This document shows positions 1 through 9,323 of a DNA stretch of 64,000 nt, in pieces. The position numbers were made by a program, and so were the translations under genes. The stretch's first letter is position 1, and each line of letters begins with the position of its first letter. Origin of the DNA: Thermodesulfobacteriota bacterium (lineage in GTDB: Bacteria; Desulfobacterota; Desulfobacteria; Desulfobacterales; SURF-7); the NCBI GenBank assembly GCA_049320885.1, contig JBMORA010000064.1:32001-96000 (forward strand), written 5' to 3'. A model generated the notes under the pieces. That model saw only the letters and a program-made list of their open reading frames with translations, made no database searches and was not told where the DNA came from.

Positions 1-1
1 C

Positions 2-217
2 GGTTCGATCTATGTCCATGAGCGCAGCGGCAAAGCGAGCATCGAGCGTCTGAAGTTTATCGCGTCTATATTCCCCCGCAGCGTATGGCTCAACCCGGTG
101 CCGCCGCATATGTGGAATTACACCCAGACCATTCTGACCATCAGCCGAATTTTCCCCATGTTTGAACTGTCCCTGGACGGACTGGAAAAAGCGGTCAGCC
201 GCCTCATGGCCAAGTAG
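2..217 (+). CDS. C-terminal fragment of a vWA-domain protein (CoxE/COG3825-like), truncated by window edge
   Basis: Manual translation of frame 2: GSIYVHERSG...SVWLNPVPPHMWNYTQTILTISRIFPMFELSLDGLEKAVSRLMAK*; the WLNP..W.YT and MF.LSLDGL pattern is typical of this family. Confidence 0.65.
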   Translation, partial: GSIYVHERSGKASIERLKFIASIFPRSVWLNPVPPHMWNYTQTILTISRIFPMFELSLDGLEKAVSRLMAK

Positions 218-223
218 AGCGGC

Positions 224-1534
224 ATGGCGCGTATTGCCCATCTGATTCGAGAAATGCAGGAACTGGGAGACCTGCTGGCCAAATGCACCCGGTGCGGGAT
301 GTGTCAGGCGGTCTGCCCGTTGTTTTCCCAGACCGGACACGAGGGCGATGTGGCCAGGGGGAAACTGGCGCTTTTGGACGGGTTGGCGCAGCACCTGCTC
401 GACAATCCGGAAAAAACCGCGGAGCGTCTGAATAGATGTCTGCTGTGCGGTGCCTGCGAGCGGAATTGTTCCAGCGGCGTGCAGGTGCTGGAAATTTTTT
501 TGAAGGCCAGGGCCATATTGGCCGGATACAACGGGTTGCCGGCGGCCAAAAAGATGATGTTGAGACGCCTGCTGACCCGGCCCCGGACGTTCGACCGCGT
601 CATGGCCTGGGCGGCCCGGCACCAGCATCTGTTCCTGAAGCCGGCCGGCGGTCTTTTGGGTGCGTCCTGCGGACGAATCGGGCCGTCCTATCTCACGGAA
701 CGTCACATGGCGCCATTGGCGGCCGTTCCCCTGCATCGCCGGATCGATTCCCTGGATACTCCCGCCGCTGCAGGCGGCCCGCGGGTGGCTTTTTTCCCCG
801 GTTGCCTGCTGGACAAAGTTTTCCCGGAAGCGGCGATGGCGAGCCTGAAGGTCCTGCGACACTTCAAGGCGGGCATTTTCATGCCCAAAGACCAGGGCTG
901 CTGCGGGATTCCAGCGCTTGCCGCCGGCGATGAGGAGTCCTTCCGTCGTCTCGTTCGTCACAACATGGAGCTGTTTGAGGGAGGAGCCTGGGAATACCTG
1001 GTGACTGCCTGCGCCACCTGCACCTTCACCATCAAAAAGATTTGGCCGATGATGGCCGCTCAATTCCCCGCCGCCTTAAGAAAACGGATAGTTCAATTAT
1101 CCGAGAGAGCGATAGATATAAGCCAATTGCTGGTTTCCATCATCGGCCTGCCCCCTGAACCGCCGCCCGATGGGAATGGGATTCCGATAACCTACCACGA
1201 TCCTTGCCATCTGAACAAATCTTTCGGGATCACCGTGGAGCCACGCAGACTGATCGCGGCCAACCCGGTCTATCGTTTGGTGGAAATGCCCCTGGCCGGA
1301 CAGTGCTGCGGCCTGGGCGGCAGTTTCAGTATCGACCATTATGAAATATCCTCGGCGATCGGTGAGCGGAAACGTCAAGGCGTTCTGGCTTCCGGTTGTG
1401 CGGTTGTCGCCACCGGCTGTCCGGCCTGCATGTTGCAACTGATGGATCAGCTCTCCAAATCAGGCCGGGAGATAGCAGTCCGGCACACGGTGGAGATATT
1501 CGCGGAAGGGCTTCCCGGGGGGATTCAGGGATGA
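224..1534 (+). CDS. (Fe-S)-binding protein, GlcF/lactate-glycolate dehydrogenase Fe-S subunit (2x[4Fe-4S] plus two CCG domains)
   Basis: CTRCGMCQAVCP and CLLCGACERNC ferredoxin motifs; FFPGC...CCG and YHDPCH...CCG CCG domains. Confidence 0.9.
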   Translation: MARIAHLIREMQELGDLLAKCTRCGMCQAVCPLFSQTGHEGDVARGKLALLDGLAQHLLDNPEKTAERLNRCLLCGACERNCSSGVQVLEIFLKARAILAGYNGLPAAKKMMLRRLLTRPRTFDRVMAWAARHQHLFLKPAGGLLGASCGRIGPSYLTERHMAPLAAVPLHRRIDSLDTPAAAGGPRVAFFPGCLLDKVFPEAAMASLKVLRHFKAGIFMPKDQGCCGIPALAAGDEESFRRLVRHNMELFEGGAWEYLVTACATCTFTIKKIWPMMAAQFPAALRKRIVQLSERAIDISQLLVSIIGLPPEPPPDGNGIPITYHDPCHLNKSFGITVEPRRLIAANPVYRLVEMPLAGQCCGLGGSFSIDHYEISSAIGERKRQGVLASGCAVVATGCPACMLQLMDQLSKSGREIAVRHTVEIFAEGLPGGIQG

Positions 1535-1806
1535 CTTGAGGCTTGGGTTCTCACCAGACCTTTTCACAATTTCCAAAGACGGGGGAAAAATTCGGAACAT
1601 AATGGTTTCCTGTCTGCATTTTCGCGCGGTCATTTTTTTATGATTTACAAGTCCGGTGTAAAAGAATAAAGTGACTTCGCCGAGTCGGACCCGTTTCCGA
1701 AAAAGCAAGCGTTAGGGGCTTGGCGATACGGACCCGATGCATATGATAACCACCGGCCCTGTGTGGCGTTCACCCGTTTCCGTCCTTGTTGAAATGAGGA
1801 TAACCA

Positions 1807-2341
1807 ATGCCGATCTCCCAAGTAAAAATCGAAAAAATCCTGTATGCGACCGACTTTTCCGAGAATGCCCGTTTCGCGTTTTCCTATGCCGTCAGTCTGG
1901 CGAATCTGTATGAAGCCAATCTGATCATTCTTCATGTGCTCATGGACGATGCGGACCTGGAAGAAAAGATGGCTGGCTATGTCGGTGCCGATCAACTGGA
2001 GGAGATTAAAAGACAGCAGCTGGAGGATGCGCGGCAGGCCTTGATCGGCAAACAAAAAAAAAAGCGAGACCATACGACGGGTGCTGAACAGTTTTTGCGG
2101 CTGCGTGGCGGGCGGCACAGGAGATCATCCCTGTGTCTGCGATGAAATCATCATTCAGTCGGGCAACCCGGTCGAACAGATTCTTACCCAGGCTGCCAGC
2201 CAGAGGTGTGACCTCATCGTCATCGGCAGCCACGGGCATGGAACCATCGAGAGCAAGCTCATCGGCGGCACGGCCAGACAGGTGCTGGATCAATCCCGAA
2301 CACCCGTGCTATTGGTGCGAATGCCGGGTGACTTGGGGTAA
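1807..2341 (+). pseudogene. Universal stress protein, split by a 1-nt frameshift in an A10 tract (real or sequencing error)
   Basis: N-half KILYATDFSENARFAF..LHV (ORF 1807..2145); C-half GNPVEQIL..CDLIVIGSHG..LIGGTARQVL..PVLLV (ORF 2081..2341); removing one A at 2054-2063 joins them into 177 aa; GAGG RBS upstream. Confidence 0.85.
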
Positions 2342-3358
2342 TGGTCCCGCGGCCACATGGTTTTCGGGGAGACTCGCGTCAGGCTTGACGATGAGGGATT
2401 CGAGCGCGAACATCCTGCACAACAGTTTGATGTTACGGTTTTTTTCTCCATGTACGCGGGAGACACTGCGCGGATGTGCCCGGATGACCGCGTGGCCCTG
2501 AATGGATGTGGCGGCCTTCAAGGCCTCCACCGCGAGGTCCAGGAAAATTTCCGAATGTACCAGATGCCCGAATGCGGGATGAAACGGTCCGGCGATCACC
2601 GTTTCCGGCGATAACGTTTCCGATGTCTGCAGTCCCATGCGGGCCACCGGAATCCCTGACTGTTCGAACAGCAAATAGAGCTGTTTCACCAGAGTGACAC
2701 TCGTTTCCAGGGACAGGGGGTGATATGTCCCTTCCCGAACCCAGTCCGCGAGAGGACTTCCGGCGAGCACCACGGTGGGATAAATTCTTACAAAATCCGG
2801 TTTCAGGCGGATCACCTCCCGGGCCGTGGCGATGGAAGCCTCGGCAGAGTCGCCGGGCAGTCCCACCATCATCTGCAGACCGATCCGGTAGTTTGACCGC
2901 TTCAGCAGATCAACGGCCCGGATGGTATCCATGGCGGTATGTCCCCGCTGGGAAAGCCGCAGCACCTGATCATCCATGGATTGGACCCCGAGTTCGACGT
3001 CCGTCACGGAGAAGCGCCGGAGGACTTCCATGGCTTCCGGCCGGATGGTTTCCGGCCTTGTGGAAAAGCGGATGCCGTTGACCTCGCCGGCCTGGATGTA
3101 TTTCTGGGCATATCCCAGCAGGGTCTGAAAGGATACCGGGGCAATTCCCAGGAAATTTCCACCATAGAAGGCGATCTGAACATCGGTGCGATGGCTTCGG
3201 CGATGGGCCAGAAAGGTATCGGCCTGCATCTGAAAATCAGACTCGGAAAGGATTTTCCGGGTTTGTCCGGTGATGGCCGATTGGTTGCAGAAAATGCACT
3301 GATGGGGGCACCCCCTGTGGGGAAGAAAAATCGGAATGATGAAGGGCTTTACGGGCAT
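2309..3358 (-). CDS. Radical SAM protein, Elp3/YhcC-like (no acetyltransferase domain)
   Basis: IPIFLPHRGCPHQCIFCNQ (CxxxCxxC), FYGG, IRFSTRP, VELGVQS, MVGLPGD; start moved to MPVKPF at 3358. Confidence 0.85.
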   Translation of the reverse strand: MPVKPFIIPIFLPHRGCPHQCIFCNQSAITGQTRKILSESDFQMQADTFLAHRRSHRTDVQIAFYGGNFLGIAPVSFQTLLGYAQKYIQAGEVNGIRFSTRPETIRPEAMEVLRRFSVTDVELGVQSMDDQVLRLSQRGHTAMDTIRAVDLLKRSNYRIGLQMMVGLPGDSAEASIATAREVIRLKPDFVRIYPTVVLAGSPLADWVREGTYHPLSLETSVTLVKQLYLLFEQSGIPVARMGLQTSETLSPETVIAGPFHPAFGHLVHSEIFLDLAVEALKAATSIQGHAVIRAHPRSVSRVHGEKNRNIKLLCRMFALESLIVKPDASLPENHVAAGPLPQVTRHSHQ

Positions 3359-3398
3359 CGCTGGTTGTTTCCGTGCCGGAGGCCGAAAGGGCTGCAAC

Positions 3399-4094
3399 CT
3401 ATCCGTTTTTCGCTTCCATGCGTTCGAGATATTCCCTTGCCGCGTTCTGTTCGGCGGCTTTTTTGTTTTTCCCGATGCCCATGGTCGTGACATCCCTGAC
3501 CTTCAATTGAACAGTGAAGGTTTTGTCATGGTCCGGTCCGGATTCGCTGACTACCTTGTAATGCGGGGTCACTTTCAGGGAGGTCTGGACCAGTTCCTGA
3601 AGGCGGCTTTTATAATCCAGGTCAACGGCAGCCGGCGACATGGATTGAAAAAGAGTTGCAAAATGCTGCTCGATCAAGCGAAAGGCCACCATGAAACCGC
3701 CGTCCAGATACACGGCGGCGATGACCGCTTCCAGGGCATCCGCCAGGATCGAATTTTTATCATAGCCGCCGGTTTGGATTTCCCCCTTGCCCAGCAGCAG
3801 ATGGGCGCCTATGTCCAGTTTCCGCGCAATGGCCGCTAGCTGCTTTTCGTTCACCAGGCCTGCCCGCATCCTGGAAAGCTCTCCTTCTTTAACTGCCGGA
3901 TGCTGAGCCATGAGGATGTGGCCGGCGATGAGATTGAGCACGGCGTCGCCGAGGAATTCCAGGGTTTCATTGTTTTTGAGATTTCCGGCCGGCTGCTGTT
4001 CATTGATGAAGGAACTGTGGCAGAGCGCCGTCTGCAATAACTGCTTTTGTTTGAACCGGTAGCCAAGGTTTTTTTCCAGACGTTTGATGTCCAT
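3399..4094 (-). CDS. rnc: Ribonuclease III
   Basis: NETLEFLGDAVL signature, ADALEAVIAAVYLDGG, dsRBD DYKSRLQE..GPDHDKTF..GKNKKAAEQNAA. Confidence 0.97.
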   Translation of the reverse strand: MDIKRLEKNLGYRFKQKQLLQTALCHSSFINEQQPAGNLKNNETLEFLGDAVLNLIAGHILMAQHPAVKEGELSRMRAGLVNEKQLAAIARKLDIGAHLLLGKGEIQTGGYDKNSILADALEAVIAAVYLDGGFMVAFRLIEQHFATLFQSMSPAAVDLDYKSRLQELVQTSLKVTPHYKVVSESGPDHDKTFTVQLKVRDVTTMGIGKNKKAAEQNAAREYLERMEAKNG

Positions 4095-4098
4095 TGGC

Positions 4099-4992
4099 TT
4101 AAACGCCTCCGTTCGGGCGGGTGCGCCGGATGGAGGCAATGGCGTTCATGAGTTTCTCGTACAATTCAAACGGTACGTTCAGGGTTCCGTCTCCCGTGCC
4201 CATATCAATATCGTCCTGCAACGCACCGTGGAAATCGCTTCCACCCGTCAACAGCAAGCCATGGCGTTCCGCCAGGGCAATGAACGTGTCGGTATGCATG
4301 GGTGAATGGGCTGGATAATACACTTCAAGCCCTTCTAGTCCCCAGGCGGTCAACTGGTCAATCAGTATCTCCATCTCGTTGCCCGCGGGTTCGGTTTTCA
4401 GCAGTCCCGGATGGGCCAGCACGGCGATTCCCCCGGCGTCCCGGATGATCCGGATGGCGTCCGCGCAGGGGATGCGGTATTTGTCTACATACCCCGGCTT
4501 GCCCTTTCCCAGATAGCGATCAAAGGCCTCATCAATTGTCGCTACAATCCCTTTGGCCACCATGAGGCGGGCGATGTGCGGCCTGCCCAGCTGTCCGTCG
4601 CCGGTTTCCAACCGGACCTCTTCCATGGAAAGATGGATCCCGATTTTTTTCAGGCGAGATAGAATCTCCGGGTTGCGATTTTTTCTGGCTTCCTGAAGTG
4701 TTGACAGGGCGGTGTTCAGGGCGGCATCTTCCAGGCGGAACCCATACCCGAGAATATGCAGGCTGCCTTTATGCGGCAGAAGGGCAGGGGGTTCGGTACT
4801 GATTTCAACACCGCTGAGCAATTTGAGCCGGGGGAGGGGGGCATGCCGGAACGCTTCCCGACAACCTTCGATGGCGTCATGGTCGGTTATGGCGATGGCG
4901 CCTAAACCCAGCTGCTCAGCCCGGCGGATCAGCTGAAGAGGCGTGAATGTTCCGTCCGAGGCGGTGGAATGGAGGTGTAGATCGATCCTCAC
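4099..4992 (-). CDS. PHP-domain metallo-phosphoesterase (TrpH/YciV family)
   Basis: DLHLHSTASDG, AITDHD, GRPHIAR, VLAHP, TGGSDFHG; GTG start at 4992 chosen (TTG at 5010 is possible). Confidence 0.9.
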   Translation of the reverse strand: MRIDLHLHSTASDGTFTPLQLIRRAEQLGLGAIAITDHDAIEGCREAFRHAPLPRLKLLSGVEISTEPPALLPHKGSLHILGYGFRLEDAALNTALSTLQEARKNRNPEILSRLKKIGIHLSMEEVRLETGDGQLGRPHIARLMVAKGIVATIDEAFDRYLGKGKPGYVDKYRIPCADAIRIIRDAGGIAVLAHPGLLKTEPAGNEMEILIDQLTAWGLEGLEVYYPAHSPMHTDTFIALAERHGLLLTGGSDFHGALQDDIDMGTGDGTLNVPFELYEKLMNAIASIRRTRPNGGV

Positions 4993-4999
4993 AATCGCG

Positions 5000-5362
5000 T
5001 CATAACCCAAGGGCTTTTTCCATGGCCTCTTCTTTGGTTTTACACTCGATGCATTGGGTGGTCACCGGTCTGGCCTTTAATCGCTCAATACTGATATCTT
5101 CGCCACAGGTCTCGCAAATTCCATATGTTCCGGCTTCGATGCGCTCCAGGGCCTGGGTGATTTTTTTAATGAGTTTGTTCTCTCGATCCCGGATACGAAG
5201 CATGAAATTGCGGTTGGATTCGTGGGACGCCCTGTCCGTGGGGTCCGGGAAACTTTCTTTCGATGTGATCATGCCCGAAACCGTATCATCCGCCTGGCTC
5301 ATCAGGTCCTCAAGCCTTTTGGTCAGAAGATCCTTGAAAAATTGAATTTCCTTTTTTTTCAT
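5000..5362 (-). CDS. dksA: RNA polymerase-binding protein DksA
   Basis: FPDPTDRASHE coiled-coil tip (DxxDxA), C4 zinc finger CETC..RLKARP..CIECK. Confidence 0.95.
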   Translation of the reverse strand: MKKKEIQFFKDLLTKRLEDLMSQADDTVSGMITSKESFPDPTDRASHESNRNFMLRIRDRENKLIKKITQALERIEAGTYGICETCGEDISIERLKARPVTTQCIECKTKEEAMEKALGL

Positions 5363-5557
5363 GAGTCCTTTCCCGTATAGAATGAGGATCGTTGGCGACT
5401 TTTGAAAAGTCAACGGTAACAAGTTTCTGCGGCTTTGTAAAGAGCAAATTTGTGAATAAATTAAGGGACATTTTTATGGGGTTGCCCGGCCTGGAGAAGG
5501 TTTTCGGCGTGTGCGCGACACGGTTTTTACGGAGCCGGGTCGTTAGCCGCAACGGAC

Positions 5558-6853
5558 CTATTCCGGTTCGTCCAGATGGAACAATTTCCGGGTCATATCG
5601 ATGTATACGGCTTTATCGCCGTGACAGCCGTTGCCCTTTAACAACAACGCCGGATCATGGAGGATTTTTTTCACTACCGCGTCGGCCATCCGGTTCATGG
5701 CCAGCCGGTCGGTTTCGGAGAGGTGCTTCAAACCGTGAACTGTTTTTTCCACCTCCGATTTGACGATCCGGTCCAGCTTGTCCCGCAGATCGACAATCGT
5801 CGGCACCACATCCAGATTGTCCTGCCATTCCTGAAATTTAATGACCGCTTCGTCGACAATACGTTCCGCCTTGACCGCCTCTTTACGGCGTTCGTCCAGA
5901 TTTTCGTCGATAATGCCTTTAAGATCGTCAATATCATAGACATAGGCATTATGGATTTTATTGACTGCGGGCTCGATATCACGGGGAACGGCGATATCGA
6001 TAAAAAAAAGCGGCCTGTTTTTTCGGCTGCGCATGATATCCTTCACCTGGGTGCAGGTGACCATATATCCGGGCGCACCGGTGGAGCTGATGATGATATC
6101 CACCTTCTTCAAATGCTCCGGGATCTCTTCCACCCGGATAGCCTGGCCTTTGAAGCGTTCGGCCAGTTCAACCCCGCGCATGAAGGTACGGTTGGCGACA
6201 TATACCGTTCCAACCCTCAGCCGGACAAGATGTTCCACCGCCAGTTCGGCCATTTCTCCAGCGCCGATGAGTAATACCTGCTTGGAATTGAGATCGCCGA
6301 AGATTTTTCGGGCCAGTTCCGCGGCGGCGTAACTCACTGAAACAGCGCTGTCGCCGATGCCCGTTTCCGTCCGTACTTTTTTGGCCACGAAAAAGGCCCG
6401 ATGCAGCAGGCGATTCAACAGTACGCCGGAGGTCTTCTTGAGCGTCGCGATCCGATAGGCCTCCTTGATTTGTCCAAGAATCTGAGGTTCACCGATGATC
6501 ATGGAATCCAGACTGGCGGCGACTTTGAACAAATGCCGGATGGCGTTTTCATTGTCGTGGATATACAAGGCGTTTTCAAATTGGGAAACCCGAATCCCTT
6601 TGAATTCGGCAATGTGGGTTTTGGCAGCATCGATGGCCGCCCGGCGGTCCGCGGCGGTCATCAGAAGTTCCATCCGGTTGCAGGTGGAATAAATAATCAG
6701 CTCGATAATCGACGGCTGGGCGTGCAACCGCACCAGTGAGTCCTCTGTCTCTTCCCTGGAAAAGGCGACGCATTCGCGCAATTCGATGGGAGCGGTTTTA
6801 TGATTCAGCCCCACTATAAGGATTTCCGCTCGATTTGGTTTCATGCTTTCCAA
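5558..6853 (-). CDS. hemA: Glutamyl-tRNA reductase
   Basis: GLNHKTAPIELRE, STCNRME, LDSMIIGEPQILGQ, IGAGEMAE, DIAVPRDI. Confidence 0.97.
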   Translation of the reverse strand: MESMKPNRAEILIVGLNHKTAPIELRECVAFSREETEDSLVRLHAQPSIIELIIYSTCNRMELLMTAADRRAAIDAAKTHIAEFKGIRVSQFENALYIHDNENAIRHLFKVAASLDSMIIGEPQILGQIKEAYRIATLKKTSGVLLNRLLHRAFFVAKKVRTETGIGDSAVSVSYAAAELARKIFGDLNSKQVLLIGAGEMAELAVEHLVRLRVGTVYVANRTFMRGVELAERFKGQAIRVEEIPEHLKKVDIIISSTGAPGYMVTCTQVKDIMRSRKNRPLFFIDIAVPRDIEPAVNKIHNAYVYDIDDLKGIIDENLDERRKEAVKAERIVDEAVIKFQEWQDNLDVVPTIVDLRDKLDRIVKSEVEKTVHGLKHLSETDRLAMNRMADAVVKKILHDPALLLKGNGCHGDKAVYIDMTRKLFHLDEPE

Positions 6854-6934
6854 TACGGTATTCTCGCCCTGTCTTCCGCCGGTATGTGTTCCACCGGCTT
6901 GAATTTAGATTGTTCCCTCCATCCGGTCGGGCAG

Positions 6935-7756
6935 CTACAATCGGGTGAACGGATCATGGTGCCCCTGCAGGAAAAAATTGACTCCGAAAAAGGTGAACAG
7001 GAGTGCGCAAAACCCGATAATGGCCATGATGGCGGCCTTCCGTCCCCGCCAGCCGACGGTCAGGCGTTGATGCAGCAACGCGACGTAAACCAGCCAGGAA
7101 ATAATCGACCAGACTTCTTTCGTGTCCCATGACCAGAACCTCCCCCACACGGACTTGGCATAGACAAATCCGGAAATCAATCCAAGGGTCAGCAGAATGA
7201 ATCCGACCACGATACAGGCATAGCCGGTTGAATCGAGCAAGTCCAGAGAAGGCAGGCGCTTGAAAAAAAAACCATGTTTCTTGTTTTTTATGGCGTATTC
7301 CTGGATGAGGTAAAAAATGCTCACTCCACAGGCCAATGCAAACGCTGCCTCGCCGATAAAAATCGTGATTACATGGACCGTCAGCCAGAAACTCTTGAAC
7401 AGGCTTGCGGTTTCCGGCGGGTGATTCGGAAGCTGGGAGGCCGTGATCATGGTCAATGCAGCCAGGGGGGCAGCGTAAATGCCTAGAATTTTTAGATCGA
7501 ATTTATACCGCAGCAGTAGAAAAACACCGGCCACGGCCCAGGAGGCGATGGAAAGATTTTCAGCCAAATTGCGGGCCGGCAGCATTCCCTCGGAGATGGA
7601 AGCGGCGGTTATGGAAACGGAATGAACCAGAAAGCCGGCCAGGAGGAAATAATAACCTCCCTGCCGGGGTGCTTTTTTCTGGACGAACAGGTAAGCTGCA
7701 TAGAAGGCTGCGCTGAGAACATACAACAGAATAACCAGCATATTCAATCGGTGCAT
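6935..7756 (-). CDS. ccsA: Cytochrome c biogenesis protein CcsA/CcsB (HemX-like) membrane protein
   Basis: Multiple TM helices, WWD domain WGRFWSWDTKEVW, GWRGRK; lies between sirC and hemA. Confidence 0.88.
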   Translation of the reverse strand: MHRLNMLVILLYVLSAAFYAAYLFVQKKAPRQGGYYFLLAGFLVHSVSITAASISEGMLPARNLAENLSIASWAVAGVFLLLRYKFDLKILGIYAAPLAALTMITASQLPNHPPETASLFKSFWLTVHVITIFIGEAAFALACGVSIFYLIQEYAIKNKKHGFFFKRLPSLDLLDSTGYACIVVGFILLTLGLISGFVYAKSVWGRFWSWDTKEVWSIISWLVYVALLHQRLTVGWRGRKAAIMAIIGFCALLFTFFGVNFFLQGHHDPFTRL

Positions 7757-7792
7757 TCGCTTCGCCTTTCCCGCGGTAACTGTTTCCGGTCG

Positions 7793-8518
7793 TCAAGGGT
7801 TCCGCTGCGTAAGGTGGCGGTGTGGATAGCAACCATTGGCGGTCTTCGTTTCCCTTTCAGTCGGCACCGCCAATGAATCCACATCGAATCCTTCGCCGAG
7901 CAGGTTGCCTAGCAACCTATTGATATCCGACCTGCTGCCGCAACGGATCATTTCCAGGAGACCGCCTTCGATCAATGCCTCAAACAAGTGCTTATGGGCC
8001 TCCGGGGCATGCTCTTCCTCCAGCAGTTTTGCCCGGATCGCCCCCATCAGGCGAAGGAATTCCGCATACTCTTCGCCGAACTGTTTTTCGAGTTTTTCCC
8101 GGAGCGCTTTTGCAAAAGCAGGGCTTTTCCCGGAAGTTGAAACAGCGATGATCAGGTCGCCTCTTTCCACGATGGACGGCAGAATGAAATTGCAGGCATC
8201 GGGCACATCGGCGATATTGCAGAGCATGTTCAGGCGCTCTGCATCCCTGCTGATGCTGCGGTTCAAAACCGGGTCGCTGGTCGCGCCGATTACCAGGAAC
8301 ATGCCTTCGAGATCAGAGGGACGGTATGGACGCATGGCCACCGTGATGAGACCGGTTTCGGATAGTTCCCGGATATCCGGCGTTATGTCAGGGCTGACCA
8401 CCTGGACCAGCGCACCGGACTTCAAAAGGCCCCGGACCTTTCGAGCGCCCACGCTTCCTCCCCCCACCACCAGGCAGCTTCTGTTGCGGATATCAAGATT
8501 GACGGGATAGTATTTCAT
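7793..8518 (-). CDS. Bifunctional precorrin-2 dehydrogenase/sirohydrochlorin ferrochelatase (CysG N-terminal/SirC/Met8)
   Basis: YYPVNL..CLVVGGGSVGARK, CNIADVPDACNF, AVSTSGKSPA; start at MKYYPV. Confidence 0.92.
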   Translation of the reverse strand: MKYYPVNLDIRNRSCLVVGGGSVGARKVRGLLKSGALVQVVSPDITPDIRELSETGLITVAMRPYRPSDLEGMFLVIGATSDPVLNRSISRDAERLNMLCNIADVPDACNFILPSIVERGDLIIAVSTSGKSPAFAKALREKLEKQFGEEYAEFLRLMGAIRAKLLEEEHAPEAHKHLFEALIEGGLLEMIRCGSRSDINRLLGNLLGEGFDVDSLAVPTERETKTANGCYPHRHLTQRNP

Positions 8519-8525
8519 CGCTTTT

Positions 8526-9323
8526 TTACGGCTGCAGGATTTCAAGCGGAATCCGCCATAAGTCCTCGGCCAGAAATAAGGTTCCAGCATAGGTGTTGCG
8601 GCATTGACCGGCAATGTCCGCTTGATCGCAATCCGGATAAAAATGTGTCAGGACCAGCATGCGCACACGCGCCCGTCTGGCGATTTCGCCGGCCAGGGAA
8701 GGAGTGAGATGGCCCGGCGCCTTGCTTCCATCCGGCAAGGCGGACTCGCAGATCAATACATCGGCCCCATCGGCAAGCACCACCAAGTCTTCCGAAAAAT
8801 CGGTGTCACCGGAATATACGACGGATATGCCGTCAGAGAAATTCAGTCGATAGGCCAGGCTTTCCGGGCGATGCTCCACCGGTGAGAACGAGACGGAGGT
8901 ACGATTTGTATGCCAACGGTCTTCAATGGCTGGATTCAGTTCCAGGATGCGAAACAATTGCGGCTCCAGCCGGATCCAGTTTCCATAAACCTGTTCCAGC
9001 CCGCTGAAAAATTTCCGGAAACCGGGGCCGCCGGATATGGTCAGGTTGTTTTTCCTGCGCGTGCTGTCCGGATAGTTGTTGGCGAACAGAAACGTCGCGA
9101 GTTCGCCGGTGTGATCCGGATGGAAATGGCTGAAAAAAATGTGAGTTACGTCAAAAACCGTGGTTCCGTGCTCCAGCAGGCGGCGCATGGTGCCGGGGCC
9201 TGCATCCAGCAGTATTGTTTCCGTCCCGGTCTCCACCAATACGGAACAGGCGCTCCGGCGCAGGGAGGGGACGCAGGTCCCGGTTCCCAATGTGGTGATA
9301 CGCGGGTGGTTATCCGATGACAT
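8526..9323 (-). CDS. MBL-fold metallo-hydrolase, RNase Z/ElaC-like
   Basis: LGTGT, LLDAGPG, SHFHPDH, YSGDT, GHLTP, LVLTHFY. Confidence 0.85.
   Translation of the reverse strand: MSSDNHPRITTLGTGTCVPSLRRSACSVLVETGTETILLDAGPGTMRRLLEHGTTVFDVTHIFFSHFHPDHTGELATFLFANNYPDSTRRKNNLTISGGPGFRKFFSGLEQVYGNWIRLEPQLFRILELNPAIEDRWHTNRTSVSFSPVEHRPESLAYRLNFSDGISVVYSGDTDFSEDLVVLADGADVLICESALPDGSKAPGHLTPSLAGEIARRARVRMLVLTHFYPDCDQADIAGQCRNTYAGTLFLAEDLWRIPLEILQP

Noticed and set aside
1644..1662. TTTACA-N7-TGTAAA palindrome upstream of the USP gene
   Set aside because: Single copy in AT-rich DNA; no regulator can be assigned
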